The translations under genes were made by a program, and so were the position numbers. Below are positions 24,190 to 32,905 of a DNA stretch of 40,978 nucleotides, piece after piece. The notes below the pieces were generated by a model. The model was not told the origin of the DNA and did not search any database. It saw nothing but the letters and a program-made list of their open reading frames with translations. Every line of letters begins with the position of its first letter. Position 1 is the stretch's first letter. The DNA comes from an uncultured Planctomycetia bacterium (GTDB lineage Bacteria > Planctomycetota > SZUA-567 > H5-PLA8), in NCBI GenBank assembly GCA_964429255.1, contig CAYSBP010000005.1, positions 1-40,978 on the forward strand, given 5' to 3'.

Positions 24190-25512
24190 ATGCGCCCGAA
24201 CGCCAGGAAACGCCCCCTCGCCCTTGAAACGCATGCGGAACGATACGCTTTGGACGCACGCGCGTACGAGCGATGGATCTTCGGCCCCGACTCGCCGGTC
24301 TGGCGGCCTCCCGCGGAGGGTCTGGTGGCACGTCGGGTGGAGGTGCACCCCGCTCAGCCCTCGCCGCTCCCCCCTTCACCCTTCTCGGTCTCGCTGTGCG
24401 CCGAGTTCCACCATCTGCCGCGCCGAACACTGGACGCTCTCTTCCACCTTCAGGCACAACAGCAGTGCACGATCCGCGACGGGCACGACCTGCTGATCAG
24501 CGGGTGTCACTTCCGCTACAACTGGGAGGAGTTCCTCCGCTCCACGGGTGGCGGCGAGGGCAACCTTGTCCTGCCGGCCTCGCGGCACGGCTTTACGGAC
24601 GATGATCGCGCAATGGCCGTACAAGCGCTGTGGGAGCTTTTCCGCGCCGGGACCTGCACCGTGCTTCGTCCGCCGCCGTTTGCCTTCGCGTGCGGGGCGA
24701 AGTGGGATTTCGACCGACCGTATCTCCTCGGCATCCTCAACGTGACGCCGGACTCGTTCAGCGATGGCGGGCGCTTTGTGGATCCCGACGTGGCGACGGC
24801 CCATGCAGTGGGTATGGTGCTGGACGGCGCCGACGCACTGGACCTCGGCGCGGAATCCTCGCGCCCCGGTTCCCGTGGCGTCTCCGCCAGGGTTCAGAAA
24901 GCGCGGTTGCTGCCCGTGCTGAAGCGTCTACGCAGCGCCCGGCCGTTGCACCGCATCCCCATCAGCATCGACACGCAATCGGCCGAAGTCTTCCGCGCCT
25001 GTCTGGGGGAAGGCGCCGACGCGCTCAACGACATCAGTGCCTTGCGCAGCGATCGTGCGATGGCCCGCCTGGTCGCGCGCGCCGGCTGTCCGGCCATCCT
25101 GATGCACATGCTGGGCACGCCCCGCACGATGCAGAACGATCCCCGCTACCGGGACATGGTCGATGACATCGAGGCGTTCTTCCGTTCGCAGATTCACGCG
25201 GCGATCGAGGCCGGTATCGCGCCCCACCGTCTGCTGTTGGACCCGGGGATTGGATTTGGCAAGACATTCGAACACAACTGCGAGTTGCTGCGGCGTCTGG
25301 GCGAATTCCGCACGTTGGGGCGTCCCTTGGTCGTGGGTGTTTCGCGCAAGAGTTTCCTGGGAAGACTGACCGGGGAGACGTTGCCTTCGCGCCGGGTGCA
25401 CGCGTCCGTGGAAGCCGGCCTGCTGGCCGTGCGGAACGGCGCGGCCCTCCTGCGCGTTCACGACGTGGGCGAACACGCCCGCGCCCTGCGCATCGCGGCT
25501 GCGCTGGTCTGA
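24190..25512 (+). CDS. folP: Dihydropteroate synthase with a ~170-aa N-terminal extension of unknown function
   Basis: The DHPS core is GILNVTPDSFSDGGRF...GADALDLGAESSRPG...ISIDT...ALNDISAL...ILMHMLGTPRTMQ...LLDPGIGFGKT...VGVSRKSF. The first Met after the upstream stop is ATG 24190. An internal Met near 24613 would give a standard-length protein. Confidence 0.85.
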   Translation: MRPNARKRPLALETHAERYALDARAYERWIFGPDSPVWRPPAEGLVARRVEVHPAQPSPLPPSPFSVSLCAEFHHLPRRTLDALFHLQAQQQCTIRDGHDLLISGCHFRYNWEEFLRSTGGGEGNLVLPASRHGFTDDDRAMAVQALWELFRAGTCTVLRPPPFAFACGAKWDFDRPYLLGILNVTPDSFSDGGRFVDPDVATAHAVGMVLDGADALDLGAESSRPGSRGVSARVQKARLLPVLKRLRSARPLHRIPISIDTQSAEVFRACLGEGADALNDISALRSDRAMARLVARAGCPAILMHMLGTPRTMQNDPRYRDMVDDIEAFFRSQIHAAIEAGIAPHRLLLDPGIGFGKTFEHNCELLRRLGEFRTLGRPLVVGVSRKSFLGRLTGETLPSRRVHASVEAGLLAVRNGAALLRVHDVGEHARALRIAAALV

Positions 25513-25698
25513 CCTGCTCCACGCCCACCGGACGAGCACGCGCAGTTGCCGGTCTGCCGGAAGGCGTGTGGCGTGGTGGGTGAGTTGGCTGAGACCGCGC
25601 TGTATCCGGGTCTCAACACAATGGACAAAAACGGTCTTTCCGCCTATAGATGGAGTCGTCAGGTGTGGTTTGAGTGCCTTGGGTGACGGGGTTCGAGA

Positions 25699-26496
25699 AT
25701 GGTCTTCCTTCAGCGGATAGAGGCGCTTTGGCGGAGCGGCGTCGGCGCCTTCGCCGAGATCTTTCTGCTGTTTCTTGTGATCTACACGGTGCTGCGCTTT
25801 CTACGGGGCAGTCGTGGCGCCGCGGTGTTGCGCGGCATCCTGCTCTTGATTGCGGTCTCGATCGGCATCGTCTTTCTGGCGGCCAGTCTGCTGCAGTTGG
25901 AGCGGATCACCTGGGTCTTTGAGAAACTCTCCGCGCTCTTCATGGTTGCGCTGATTATCATCTTCCAGCCCGAGTTACGGCGCGGCCTGCTGCGGCTGGG
26001 GCTGAACCCGTGGTTCCGCCGCATCGTGCGGGCCGGTTCGCCCACGATCGACGAGATCGTCGAGACGGCCATCGTGTTGAGCGAGAACAAGGTGGGTGCC
26101 CTGATGGCGATCCAGCGGGACGTTCCGCTTACCTCCTATGTGGAAACAGCCACGGCTCTGAATGCCGAGATCAGCGGCGAACTGCTCCGTACGATCTTTC
26201 ACAAGGACACGCCGCTGCACGACGGGGCCGTCATCATCCAGGGTTCGCGCATCGCCGCCGCCGGTTGTGTGCTGCACCTGAGCGAGAACCCCGAACTGGC
26301 CAAATCGCTCGGCACGCGTCACCGTGCCGCGCTGGGTATCACCGAGGAGACCGATGCCGTCGCCGTCGTCATCAGCGAGGAGACGGGGACCATTTCCATC
26401 TGCGTGGACGGCAAGCTGATCCGGGATCTCACGCGCGATGACCTGGGCCGTAAACTGACCGAGTTGTGTCTGGAAGCCGTCGAGGGAGGCGAATAG
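25699..26496 (+). CDS. cdaA: Membrane-bound diadenylate cyclase CdaA (DisA_N/DAC domain)
   Basis: Three N-terminal TM helices are followed by a DAC domain. It carries the catalytic motifs LHDGAVII (DGA) and GTRHRAALG (RHR), plus VVISEETGTIS. Confidence 0.9.
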   Translation: MVFLQRIEALWRSGVGAFAEIFLLFLVIYTVLRFLRGSRGAAVLRGILLLIAVSIGIVFLAASLLQLERITWVFEKLSALFMVALIIIFQPELRRGLLRLGLNPWFRRIVRAGSPTIDEIVETAIVLSENKVGALMAIQRDVPLTSYVETATALNAEISGELLRTIFHKDTPLHDGAVIIQGSRIAAAGCVLHLSENPELAKSLGTRHRAALGITEETDAVAVVISEETGTISICVDGKLIRDLTRDDLGRKLTELCLEAVEGGE

Positions 26497-26499
26497 CGC

Positions 26500-27531
26500 A
26501 TGTCCTTGGGCCGAACCCTCCGACGCCTGCCGGCGGCGATCTTCCTGGATGACATCCCGCTGAAGATCGTCTGTTTGATCCTGGCGGTGCTCTTCTGGTT
26601 CTACATCGACGGCGAGTTGACCGACGAGCGCGAGGTGGTTCGTCCCCTCACCCCTGCCGATCTGCCGTTGCCCAAGGATCGCAGGATGGAGGTTCTCTCC
26701 GAGTTCGACCTGCCCGAGATCACGCTCAAGGTTCGCGGTCCGCGCCGCCGGCTGCAGTACCTGAGTTCGCGCGATGTCCAGGTGGACCTTGGCGAAGCCC
26801 TGAAGGACGTTCGGACGGGGTCGCAGCTTGTCCTCTTGAGCCGCCAGCTCTTCTCCGTCGAAAGCGTGGACGTGACCGCGATTTCTCCTTCCGAGTTCAT
26901 GCTGACCCTGGCTCAGACCACGGAACATACGCTGACCGTTCTTCCCGCCACGATGGGCGAGGTGCCGCATGGCTACACGCTGAAGAAAGCCGAGGCCGAG
27001 CCGCAGCAGGTCCAGGTGCGGGCCCGGGAGTCCTTCGATATCGTCGAGAACCTGAACATCCGCACCGAGCCGATCAATGTCCGGGGCCGCACGTCCACCT
27101 TCAAGGCCCTGGTGCCGCTGGCTCGCACGGTGCAAGCCGGGGATCGCGAGGTCCCCGTGGAGTGCGGTGAGAAGGTCACGATCACGGTTACCATCGAACC
27201 CGAAGACGCGCAACGGTCGCTCGACGATGTGCCTGTGCGCACGCTTACGCCGCCCGGTACTTCGATGACCCTTGACCCGCCGATGGTCAGTCTCAAGGTC
27301 TCCGGCTCGGAGATCGACATCGCGCCGCTGCGCAACACCGACGTCCCGGTTTACGTCGAGTGGCCGAACGACTGGAGCCTGCAGGGCCCGGCCGGCAAGA
27401 CGTTCCAGGCGCGCTCGGTCCAAGTGAAGGTCTTCGCCCCGCCGCGCGTGAAGGTGACCGGGAGCCAGGATTCCGCCCTGCCCACCGTAAAGGTACAGGG
27501 CCGGCTGACCCAGTCTTCGCCCGGTTGGTAG
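26500..27531 (+). CDS. cdaR: CdaA regulatory protein CdaR (YbbR-like repeats)
   Basis: It lies immediately downstream of cdaA with a 3-nt gap and a GGGAGG Shine-Dalgarno. The N-terminal TM is IPLKIVCLILAVLFWFYI. Repeated YbbR-like modules follow (...P..V.V.G....L......T.PI.V.G). Confidence 0.75.
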   Translation: MSLGRTLRRLPAAIFLDDIPLKIVCLILAVLFWFYIDGELTDEREVVRPLTPADLPLPKDRRMEVLSEFDLPEITLKVRGPRRRLQYLSSRDVQVDLGEALKDVRTGSQLVLLSRQLFSVESVDVTAISPSEFMLTLAQTTEHTLTVLPATMGEVPHGYTLKKAEAEPQQVQVRARESFDIVENLNIRTEPINVRGRTSTFKALVPLARTVQAGDREVPVECGEKVTITVTIEPEDAQRSLDDVPVRTLTPPGTSMTLDPPMVSLKVSGSEIDIAPLRNTDVPVYVEWPNDWSLQGPAGKTFQARSVQVKVFAPPRVKVTGSQDSALPTVKVQGRLTQSSPGW

Positions 27532-27549
27532 CCGCAAGGGAGAAACGTC

Positions 27550-28263
27550 ATGCCCAGTTTGGGAGTCAATATCGACCACATCGCCACGCTGCGGGAGGCT
27601 CGACGGACCACCGAGCCGGATCCCGTCCGCGCGGCCGTTCTGGCCGAACTCGGCGGCGCCGATCAGATCACCGTGCACCTCCGCGAAGACCGCCGCCACA
27701 TCCACGATCGCGACCTCGAACTCCTGATCCGCACCGTCCAGACGCGCGTGAATCTGGAGATGGCCCTGGTCGACGAGATCGTCGGCGTCGCGCTGAAACT
27801 CAAACCCGCCTGCGCCTGCCTGGTGCCCGAGCGGCGCGAGGAAGTCACCACCGAAGGCGGCCTGAATGTCGCCGGTTCGCTGGAACGCGTGAAGCCCATC
27901 GTCGGTCGCCTCGTGGAAGCCGGCATCGAAGTCAGTCTCTTCATCGCCCCGGACCTCCGGCAGATCGAGGCCGCGGCCAAGTCCGGCGCGACGTTTGTCG
28001 AGATCCACACCGGCGGCTACGCCAACGCCAAAACCGAAGATGGCCTCGCTGCGCAACTGGGCGAAGTCGAACGCGCTTCGCTGGAAGCCCAGCGTCTCGG
28101 CCTCCGCGTCAACGCCGGGCACGGTCTGAATTACCAGAACGTCCAACCGGTCGCCCGTATTCAGGGTATGCACGAACTGAACATCGGCCACTCGATCGTC
28201 GCCCGCGCGGTCTTCACTGGATTGACCGAGGCGGTGCGGGAGATGAAACGGCTGATCGGATAG
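27550..28263 (+). CDS. pdxJ: Pyridoxine 5'-phosphate synthase
   Basis: [23 protein letters not shown]...[18 protein letters not shown]...LEMA...[16 protein letters not shown]...VSLFI.PD...[10 protein letters not shown]...VNAGHGLNY...[10 protein letters not shown] is collinear with PdxJ. Confidence 0.92.
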   Translation: MPSLGVNIDHIATLREARRTTEPDPVRAAVLAELGGADQITVHLREDRRHIHDRDLELLIRTVQTRVNLEMALVDEIVGVALKLKPACACLVPERREEVTTEGGLNVAGSLERVKPIVGRLVEAGIEVSLFIAPDLRQIEAAAKSGATFVEIHTGGYANAKTEDGLAAQLGEVERASLEAQRLGLRVNAGHGLNYQNVQPVARIQGMHELNIGHSIVARAVFTGLTEAVREMKRLIG

Positions 28264-28321
28264 CGGTGCCCGGTGGCCGTCGGTTGTCGGCCCCTCTTCC
28301 CGCTTCGGGAAAGGGGAAGAG

Positions 28322-29356
28322 ATGGTGGTCTTGAAGGACCTCGGATTCTGGAGGAGGCCTCGCACGATGGGCGACGTTGCCGCCGTAGAAGCTCAGGTCC
28401 GTTCCTTTGCCGCGACCTACGAACGCGTCAAGGCCGAGGTGGCCCGGGTCATCGTTGGCCAGACGGACGTCGTGGACGGTACGCTGGTCGCCCTCCTGGC
28501 CGGCGGACACGTGCTGTTGGAGGGTCTGCCAGGACTCGGCAAGACACGCCTGGTCAAAACGCTCTCCGACACCCTCGACCTGCAGTTCCGCCGCATCCAG
28601 TTCACGCCGGACTTGATGCCCGCCGACGTCATTGGAACGACTATCCTGCAGGACGACGAGCGCGGGCGGCGCTTCGAGTTCCAACGTGGCCCGGTCTTCA
28701 CGCACGTGCTGCTGGCCGACGAAATCAATCGCGCAACGCCCAAGACGCAATCGGCCCTGCTGGAAGCCATGCAGGAAAGCACCGTTACCGTCGCCGGCGT
28801 TACGCACCTTCTCGAACCGCCGTTCCTGGTCCTCGCCACGCAGAATCCGATCGAACTGGAGGGCACCTATCCGCTGCCCGAAGCACAGTTGGACCGGTTC
28901 CTGCTGAAACTGCTGGTCACCTGTTCGGACCTGAACGCCCTGGTCACGATCCTGGAGCGCACGACCGGCGACCAGAACCCGGTCCCGCAGTGCGTGGCGG
29001 GGCGTGACGAAGTCGTGGCCTTGCGCGAACTGGTCCGGCGCGTGCCGGTCGCCACGCCGGTGATGGAGCACGCCGGTCGCCTTGTCCTGGCCACCCACCT
29101 CGACCATGCGTCGGCGCCGGCCGGCGTGAAGTCCTTTGTTCGCTTCGGCGCTTCGCCCCGCGCAGCGCAGGCGCTGCTCCTCTGCGCCAAAGTCACCGCG
29201 CTGACGCAGGGACGCTACCACGCATCCATCGACGACGTGCGCCGCTGGGTTCGCCCCACCATGCGCCATCGCCTGATCCTGAACTATGAAGGCGAAGCCA
29301 CCGGTATCACGGTTGACCGCATCCTGGATGACGTCCTGGCGCAGGTTAAACCGTGA
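28322..29356 (+). CDS. MoxR-family AAA+ ATPase (copy 2)
   Basis: Walker A is GLPGLGKTRLVKTL and Walker B is [23 protein letters not shown]. The motifs [36 protein letters not shown] and GASPRA are present. ATG 28322 follows AAGGGGAAG. Confidence 0.88.
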   Translation: MVVLKDLGFWRRPRTMGDVAAVEAQVRSFAATYERVKAEVARVIVGQTDVVDGTLVALLAGGHVLLEGLPGLGKTRLVKTLSDTLDLQFRRIQFTPDLMPADVIGTTILQDDERGRRFEFQRGPVFTHVLLADEINRATPKTQSALLEAMQESTVTVAGVTHLLEPPFLVLATQNPIELEGTYPLPEAQLDRFLLKLLVTCSDLNALVTILERTTGDQNPVPQCVAGRDEVVALRELVRRVPVATPVMEHAGRLVLATHLDHASAPAGVKSFVRFGASPRAAQALLLCAKVTALTQGRYHASIDDVRRWVRPTMRHRLILNYEGEATGITVDRILDDVLAQVKP

Positions 29357-29913
29357 ATCCGCCGCGCCTCACGCGTGTCATCGCCCGGAAGAAGATTGCC
29401 CGCCGCGTTCGCGCGCTGGGCCGCGAGATCGCGAGTTCCCTCTCCCCCGACGAACGGCCGCTGGCCGTGGTCGTCCTTCGGGGCGCCTTTGTCTTCGCGG
29501 CGGATCTCCTGCGCAACATCTCCGATGATCTCGGAATCGAGATTGGCTTCCTGCGCTGCGACAGCTACGGCGCGGGGACCCGCTCGAAGGGCCGAGTCGT
29601 CCTGCTGCAGGATCTGGATCCGGAGTTGGACCTGCGGGGCCGGACGATCCTCCTCATCGATGATATCCTCGACAGCGGACTGACGCTGAGATACCTCGTC
29701 GCCCACCTCAAGGCACGCGGGGCAGCGCGAATCTGCATCTGCGTACTACTGCGCCGGAAACGCCGCACGCGTGCACCCCTTCCGGCTGTCCAAGCCGACT
29801 TCGTCGGCTTCCACGTCGGAAAGGGCTTCTTCGTGGGCTACGGTCTCGACTACGCCGGCCGTCACCGCAACCTCCCGGATTTGGGGGTACTGGCTCCGGC
29901 GCGTCACCGTTGA
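29353..29913 (+). CDS. hpt: Hypoxanthine-guanine phosphoribosyltransferase
   Basis: The motifs are VVVLRGAFVFAADL and the PRPP loop ILLIDDILDSGLTL, with a C-terminal FVVGYGLDYAGRHRNLP-like segment. GTGA overlap with moxR copy 2. Confidence 0.88.
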   Translation: MNPPRLTRVIARKKIARRVRALGREIASSLSPDERPLAVVVLRGAFVFAADLLRNISDDLGIEIGFLRCDSYGAGTRSKGRVVLLQDLDPELDLRGRTILLIDDILDSGLTLRYLVAHLKARGAARICICVLLRRKRRTRAPLPAVQADFVGFHVGKGFFVGYGLDYAGRHRNLPDLGVLAPARHR

Positions 29914-29957
29914 CCGGCAGACACGTGCCATGGTGGATGGCAGGTGGGGGCGGGGTA

Positions 29958-29980
29958 CTGAAAACCTTATCCTGAAAACC
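29958..29980. repeat. Tandem 9-nt direct repeat CTGAAAACC (two copies, period 14) in the hpt-topA intergenic region
   Basis: Exact copies lie at 29958-29966 and 29972-29980. They are just upstream of an AT-rich island (about 30015-30080) that contains TTAATTAA. Their function is unknown. Confidence 0.5.
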
Positions 29981-30124
29981 GGCCAACCCCTTCTTCCCCC
30001 TGGAATCGGCCCTCAGCGGTTAAGAATAATGGAGGCTACTTAATGTGGTCGTAAAATTTTGTTTTAATTAATGTTATGGCTTGAGTGCGCCATTCTTTTC
30101 GAGGGCCTTGACCAGGCTAGGGTC

Positions 30125-30153
30125 TTGACACCGGGGGTTGCTCGGCCTTATGT
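30125..30153 (+). promoter_or_regulatory. Candidate topA promoter (TTGACA, 17-nt spacer, TTATGT)
   Basis: A consensus -35 TTGACA lies at 30125-30130 and a -10-like TTATGT at 30148-30153, with a 17-nt spacer. This is about 105 nt upstream of the proposed start. Confidence 0.35.
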
Positions 30154-30260
30154 GTGCTCCCCGCTTTGTCCGGCCAAGGGCCTTCCTTATATTGGGATGT
30201 GCTCCAGGGGGCCCTTCGCGGCCCGTCCGGTATGCGTTTCACACAGGAGGTCATACGGCA

Positions 30261-32789
30261 TTGGCAGCGGATGAGAAGAGTCTGGTCATCGTCGAGTCGC
30301 CTGGAAAAATCGCCACGATTTCGAAGGTTCTGGGTCGAGAATTTATCGTCAAGGCCTCCATCGGGCACGTGCGCGATCTGCCCAGCAAGAAGAAGGACGA
30401 CGCGAAGAACTCTCTGGTCGTCGGCGTCGGCAAGGACTTTTCGCCGGTCTACGTCAATCTGCCTGCCAAGAAGAAAGTCCTGGACGAGTTGAAGAAGGCC
30501 GTGACCCACACCGACCGGGTCTATCTGTGTCCCGACCCTGACCGCGAGGGCGAGGCGATTGCCTGGCATCTGAAGGAGGCGTTGAAGCTGTCCGATGAGC
30601 GGACCTTCCGGGTGACGTTTGACGAGATCACCCCGCGCGGTATCAAGGCGGCCTTCCAGCAGCCGCGCAAGATTAACATGGATCTGGTGAACGCGCAGCA
30701 GGCGCGTCGAGTTCTGGACCGCCTGGTCGGGTACAAGCTTTCTCCGTTGCTGTGGAAGAAACTGGGTCGCGGTCTTTCCGCTGGCCGGGTGCAGTCGGTG
30801 ACCGTGCGGTTGATCGTGGATCGCGAGCGTGAGATCGGGGCGTTCAATAAGGAAGAGTACTGGACGATTACCGCGACGTTTCAGTACGCAAATGTCTCTT
30901 TCGAGGGCGGACTGCGCGCGCTGGACGGGAAACAGGTCGTCTCGTCCGCCGACGACCTGCTGAAGTTCAAGAACTTCCAGATTTCGACGTCCAGCATCGT
31001 GCGTACGCTGCTGGGTGGCGAGCAGGAAACGCGATCGCTCGCCGATGTCCTCGGTCGCGCCGCCTTCGTTGTACGGACCTACGATGTCAAAGAGGCTCAG
31101 GACCGGCCGTATCCGCCGTACGCGACCAGCCAGCTTCAGCAGGCTGCCGCGAACAAACTGGGCTACGACGCGCGCCGTACGATGCGAATCGCGCAGGAGC
31201 TGTATCAGGGCGTGCCGCTGGGCGCCGAAGGATCGACTGCGCTGATCACGTACATGCGCACGGACAGTTTCCGCATCTCGCAGGACGCGCTCAACGACGT
31301 CCGGAGCGTAATCGGTCAGCGCTATGGCGAAAACTTCCTGCCCGAGAAGCCCAATTACTATGCGTCCCGCAAGGGTGGCCAGGACGCACACGAGTGTATT
31401 CGGCCGACGCATCCGGAGATCGTTCCGGACGACGTACGGCAGTACCTGAGCGACGAACAGTACAAGCTCTACCGGCTGATCTGGCAGCGTTTCGTCGCCT
31501 GCCAGATGCGTCCGGCGCTTTTCGACGCCGCGACCTGCGACATCGGCACGGAAGGGGAGGGGACTCGCAACGCCGTCTTTCGCGCCACGGGCCGCGTGCT
31601 GAAGTTCGAAGGCTGGCTGGCCGTCTACGGCGATCATTCCGGAGCCGCCTCCCATATCGAGGCCAAAGCGGAAGACCGGACGCTCGGTGACGAGACGACC
31701 GATTCCGACGAGGAACCGGCGAAGGCCAAGAAGAAGAACACGCCGCAGGTCCTGCCCGCGATGCAACCCGGCGACCGGCCGGAAGGAAACGGTGTCGAAC
31801 CGGTGCAGCACTTCACCCAGCCTCCGCCGCGTTACACGGAAGCGAGCCTGGTCAAGACGCTCGAACGCGAGGGCATCGGACGTCCCAGTACCTATGCTTC
31901 CATCATCTCGACGATCCAGGACCGCGGATATGTGCACAAGCAGGGCGTGGGCGGGCGGGGCGTCTTCGCGTCCACGCCGCTGGGATGCGCGGTCAACGAC
32001 CGCTTGGTCAACTTCTTCGATCACTCCATCATGGATCTGGGGTTTACCCGTCTGATGGAGGAGGAACTGGACAAGATCGAGGAGTCGCACCTCGACTGGA
32101 AGCACGTGCTCAACGAGTTCTACGAACTCTTCACGAAGGACCTCGCGAAGGCCGCGGATGGGATGGCTTCCGCGAAGGACGAGGCCGTGAAAACCGAGGT
32201 GAAGTGTCCCGAGTGTGGCGAATGTATGGAGAAACGGTTCAACCGTTTCGGCTATTACCTGCGCTGCCCCAAGGAAGGGTGCAAGGGAACGCTGCGTTCG
32301 GACGCTGAAGGCAACGTGCAGGCCAAGCCCAAGCCGGTGGCGACCGGGCTGAAGTGCGATCGCTGCGGCAAGGATGTGGTCAAGGCCGTCGGACGCTTCG
32401 GGGCGTATCTGCATTGCGTCGATTACCCTGAGAAGAAGTGCGGCTTCACGATGAAGCTGACCAAGGATGGCCGGCCGGCGCGCAAGTTTGAGCCGTTTCC
32501 GACAGGCCTTAAGTGCGAGAAGTGTAAGAAGAACGATCTGGTCATCCGCGTCAGTGCGCGCGGCAAGAAGAAGATCCCCAAGCCCTTCCTGAGTTGTTCG
32601 GGCTTCCCCAAGTGCCGCTTCGCCAAGGACATCACCGACGACCTGAAGGGGGTGGGCGAGCAGGCCGCGGTCCGCTGGCACGAGAACGACGGGAAGAACC
32701 GGCGCGACCTGGAGGTCTATCTGAAGGCGATGACCGCCGCGCAGGCGGCGGCGGACGCGCAGGCCGACGCAGATGTCGAAGTGCCCTAG
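30261..32789 (+). CDS. topA: DNA topoisomerase I (type IA) with three C-terminal C4 zinc ribbons
   Basis: The TOPRIM region is LVIVESPGKIATISKVLG and DPDREGEAIAWHL. The active-site Tyr motif is ITYMRTDSFRIS. The zinc ribbons are CPECGECM...CPKEGC, CDRCGKD...CVDYPEKKC and CEKCKKN...CSGFPKC. The proposed start TTG 30261 lies 10 nt after AGGAGG. The track ATG at 30138 would add a 41-aa tail unlike topoisomerase sequence. Confidence 0.92.
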   Translation: MAADEKSLVIVESPGKIATISKVLGREFIVKASIGHVRDLPSKKKDDAKNSLVVGVGKDFSPVYVNLPAKKKVLDELKKAVTHTDRVYLCPDPDREGEAIAWHLKEALKLSDERTFRVTFDEITPRGIKAAFQQPRKINMDLVNAQQARRVLDRLVGYKLSPLLWKKLGRGLSAGRVQSVTVRLIVDREREIGAFNKEEYWTITATFQYANVSFEGGLRALDGKQVVSSADDLLKFKNFQISTSSIVRTLLGGEQETRSLADVLGRAAFVVRTYDVKEAQDRPYPPYATSQLQQAAANKLGYDARRTMRIAQELYQGVPLGAEGSTALITYMRTDSFRISQDALNDVRSVIGQRYGENFLPEKPNYYASRKGGQDAHECIRPTHPEIVPDDVRQYLSDEQYKLYRLIWQRFVACQMRPALFDAATCDIGTEGEGTRNAVFRATGRVLKFEGWLAVYGDHSGAASHIEAKAEDRTLGDETTDSDEEPAKAKKKNTPQVLPAMQPGDRPEGNGVEPVQHFTQPPPRYTEASLVKTLEREGIGRPSTYASIISTIQDRGYVHKQGVGGRGVFASTPLGCAVNDRLVNFFDHSIMDLGFTRLMEEELDKIEESHLDWKHVLNEFYELFTKDLAKAADGMASAKDEAVKTEVKCPECGECMEKRFNRFGYYLRCPKEGCKGTLRSDAEGNVQAKPKPVATGLKCDRCGKDVVKAVGRFGAYLHCVDYPEKKCGFTMKLTKDGRPARKFEPFPTGLKCEKCKKNDLVIRVSARGKKKIPKPFLSCSGFPKCRFAKDITDDLKGVGEQAAVRWHENDGKNRRDLEVYLKAMTAAQAAADAQADADVEVP

Positions 32790-32905
32790 TATCTTCTTCG
32801 GCCTGGGAACTAAAAGCTCGCCCCCTTGACCGCACAGCACCTTGGCCGGTTTGACACTAACCGATCTGACGGATACAAGTCCCCTGGAGTAGGTCACATA
32901 CCGGA

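Noticed and set aside
30138-30260. ATG 30138 as the topA start, which adds a 41-aa extension.
   Set aside because: The extension MLGLMCAPRFVRPRAF... is unlike any TopA N-terminus and has no Shine-Dalgarno. TTG 30261 follows AGGAGG at good spacing and yields the usual short leader before the TOPRIM strand. The start remains uncertain.
30117-32897. 926-aa ORF antisense to topA. Similar very long antisense or out-of-frame ORFs occur at 276-1388(-), 1198-2166(-), 4782-5900(-), 5901-7130(-), 7617-8873(-), 14671-16194(+), 20446-22611(-), 25975-28365(-), 32894-35734(-), 35838-37727(-) and 38855-40246(-).
   Set aside because: All are R/G/P/A/H/Q-rich, lack any recognisable motif and lie opposite genes with unambiguous family motifs (TopA, PdxJ, CdaA, MoxR, M16 and others). 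Stop-free antisense frames are an expected by-product of high GC3 coding.
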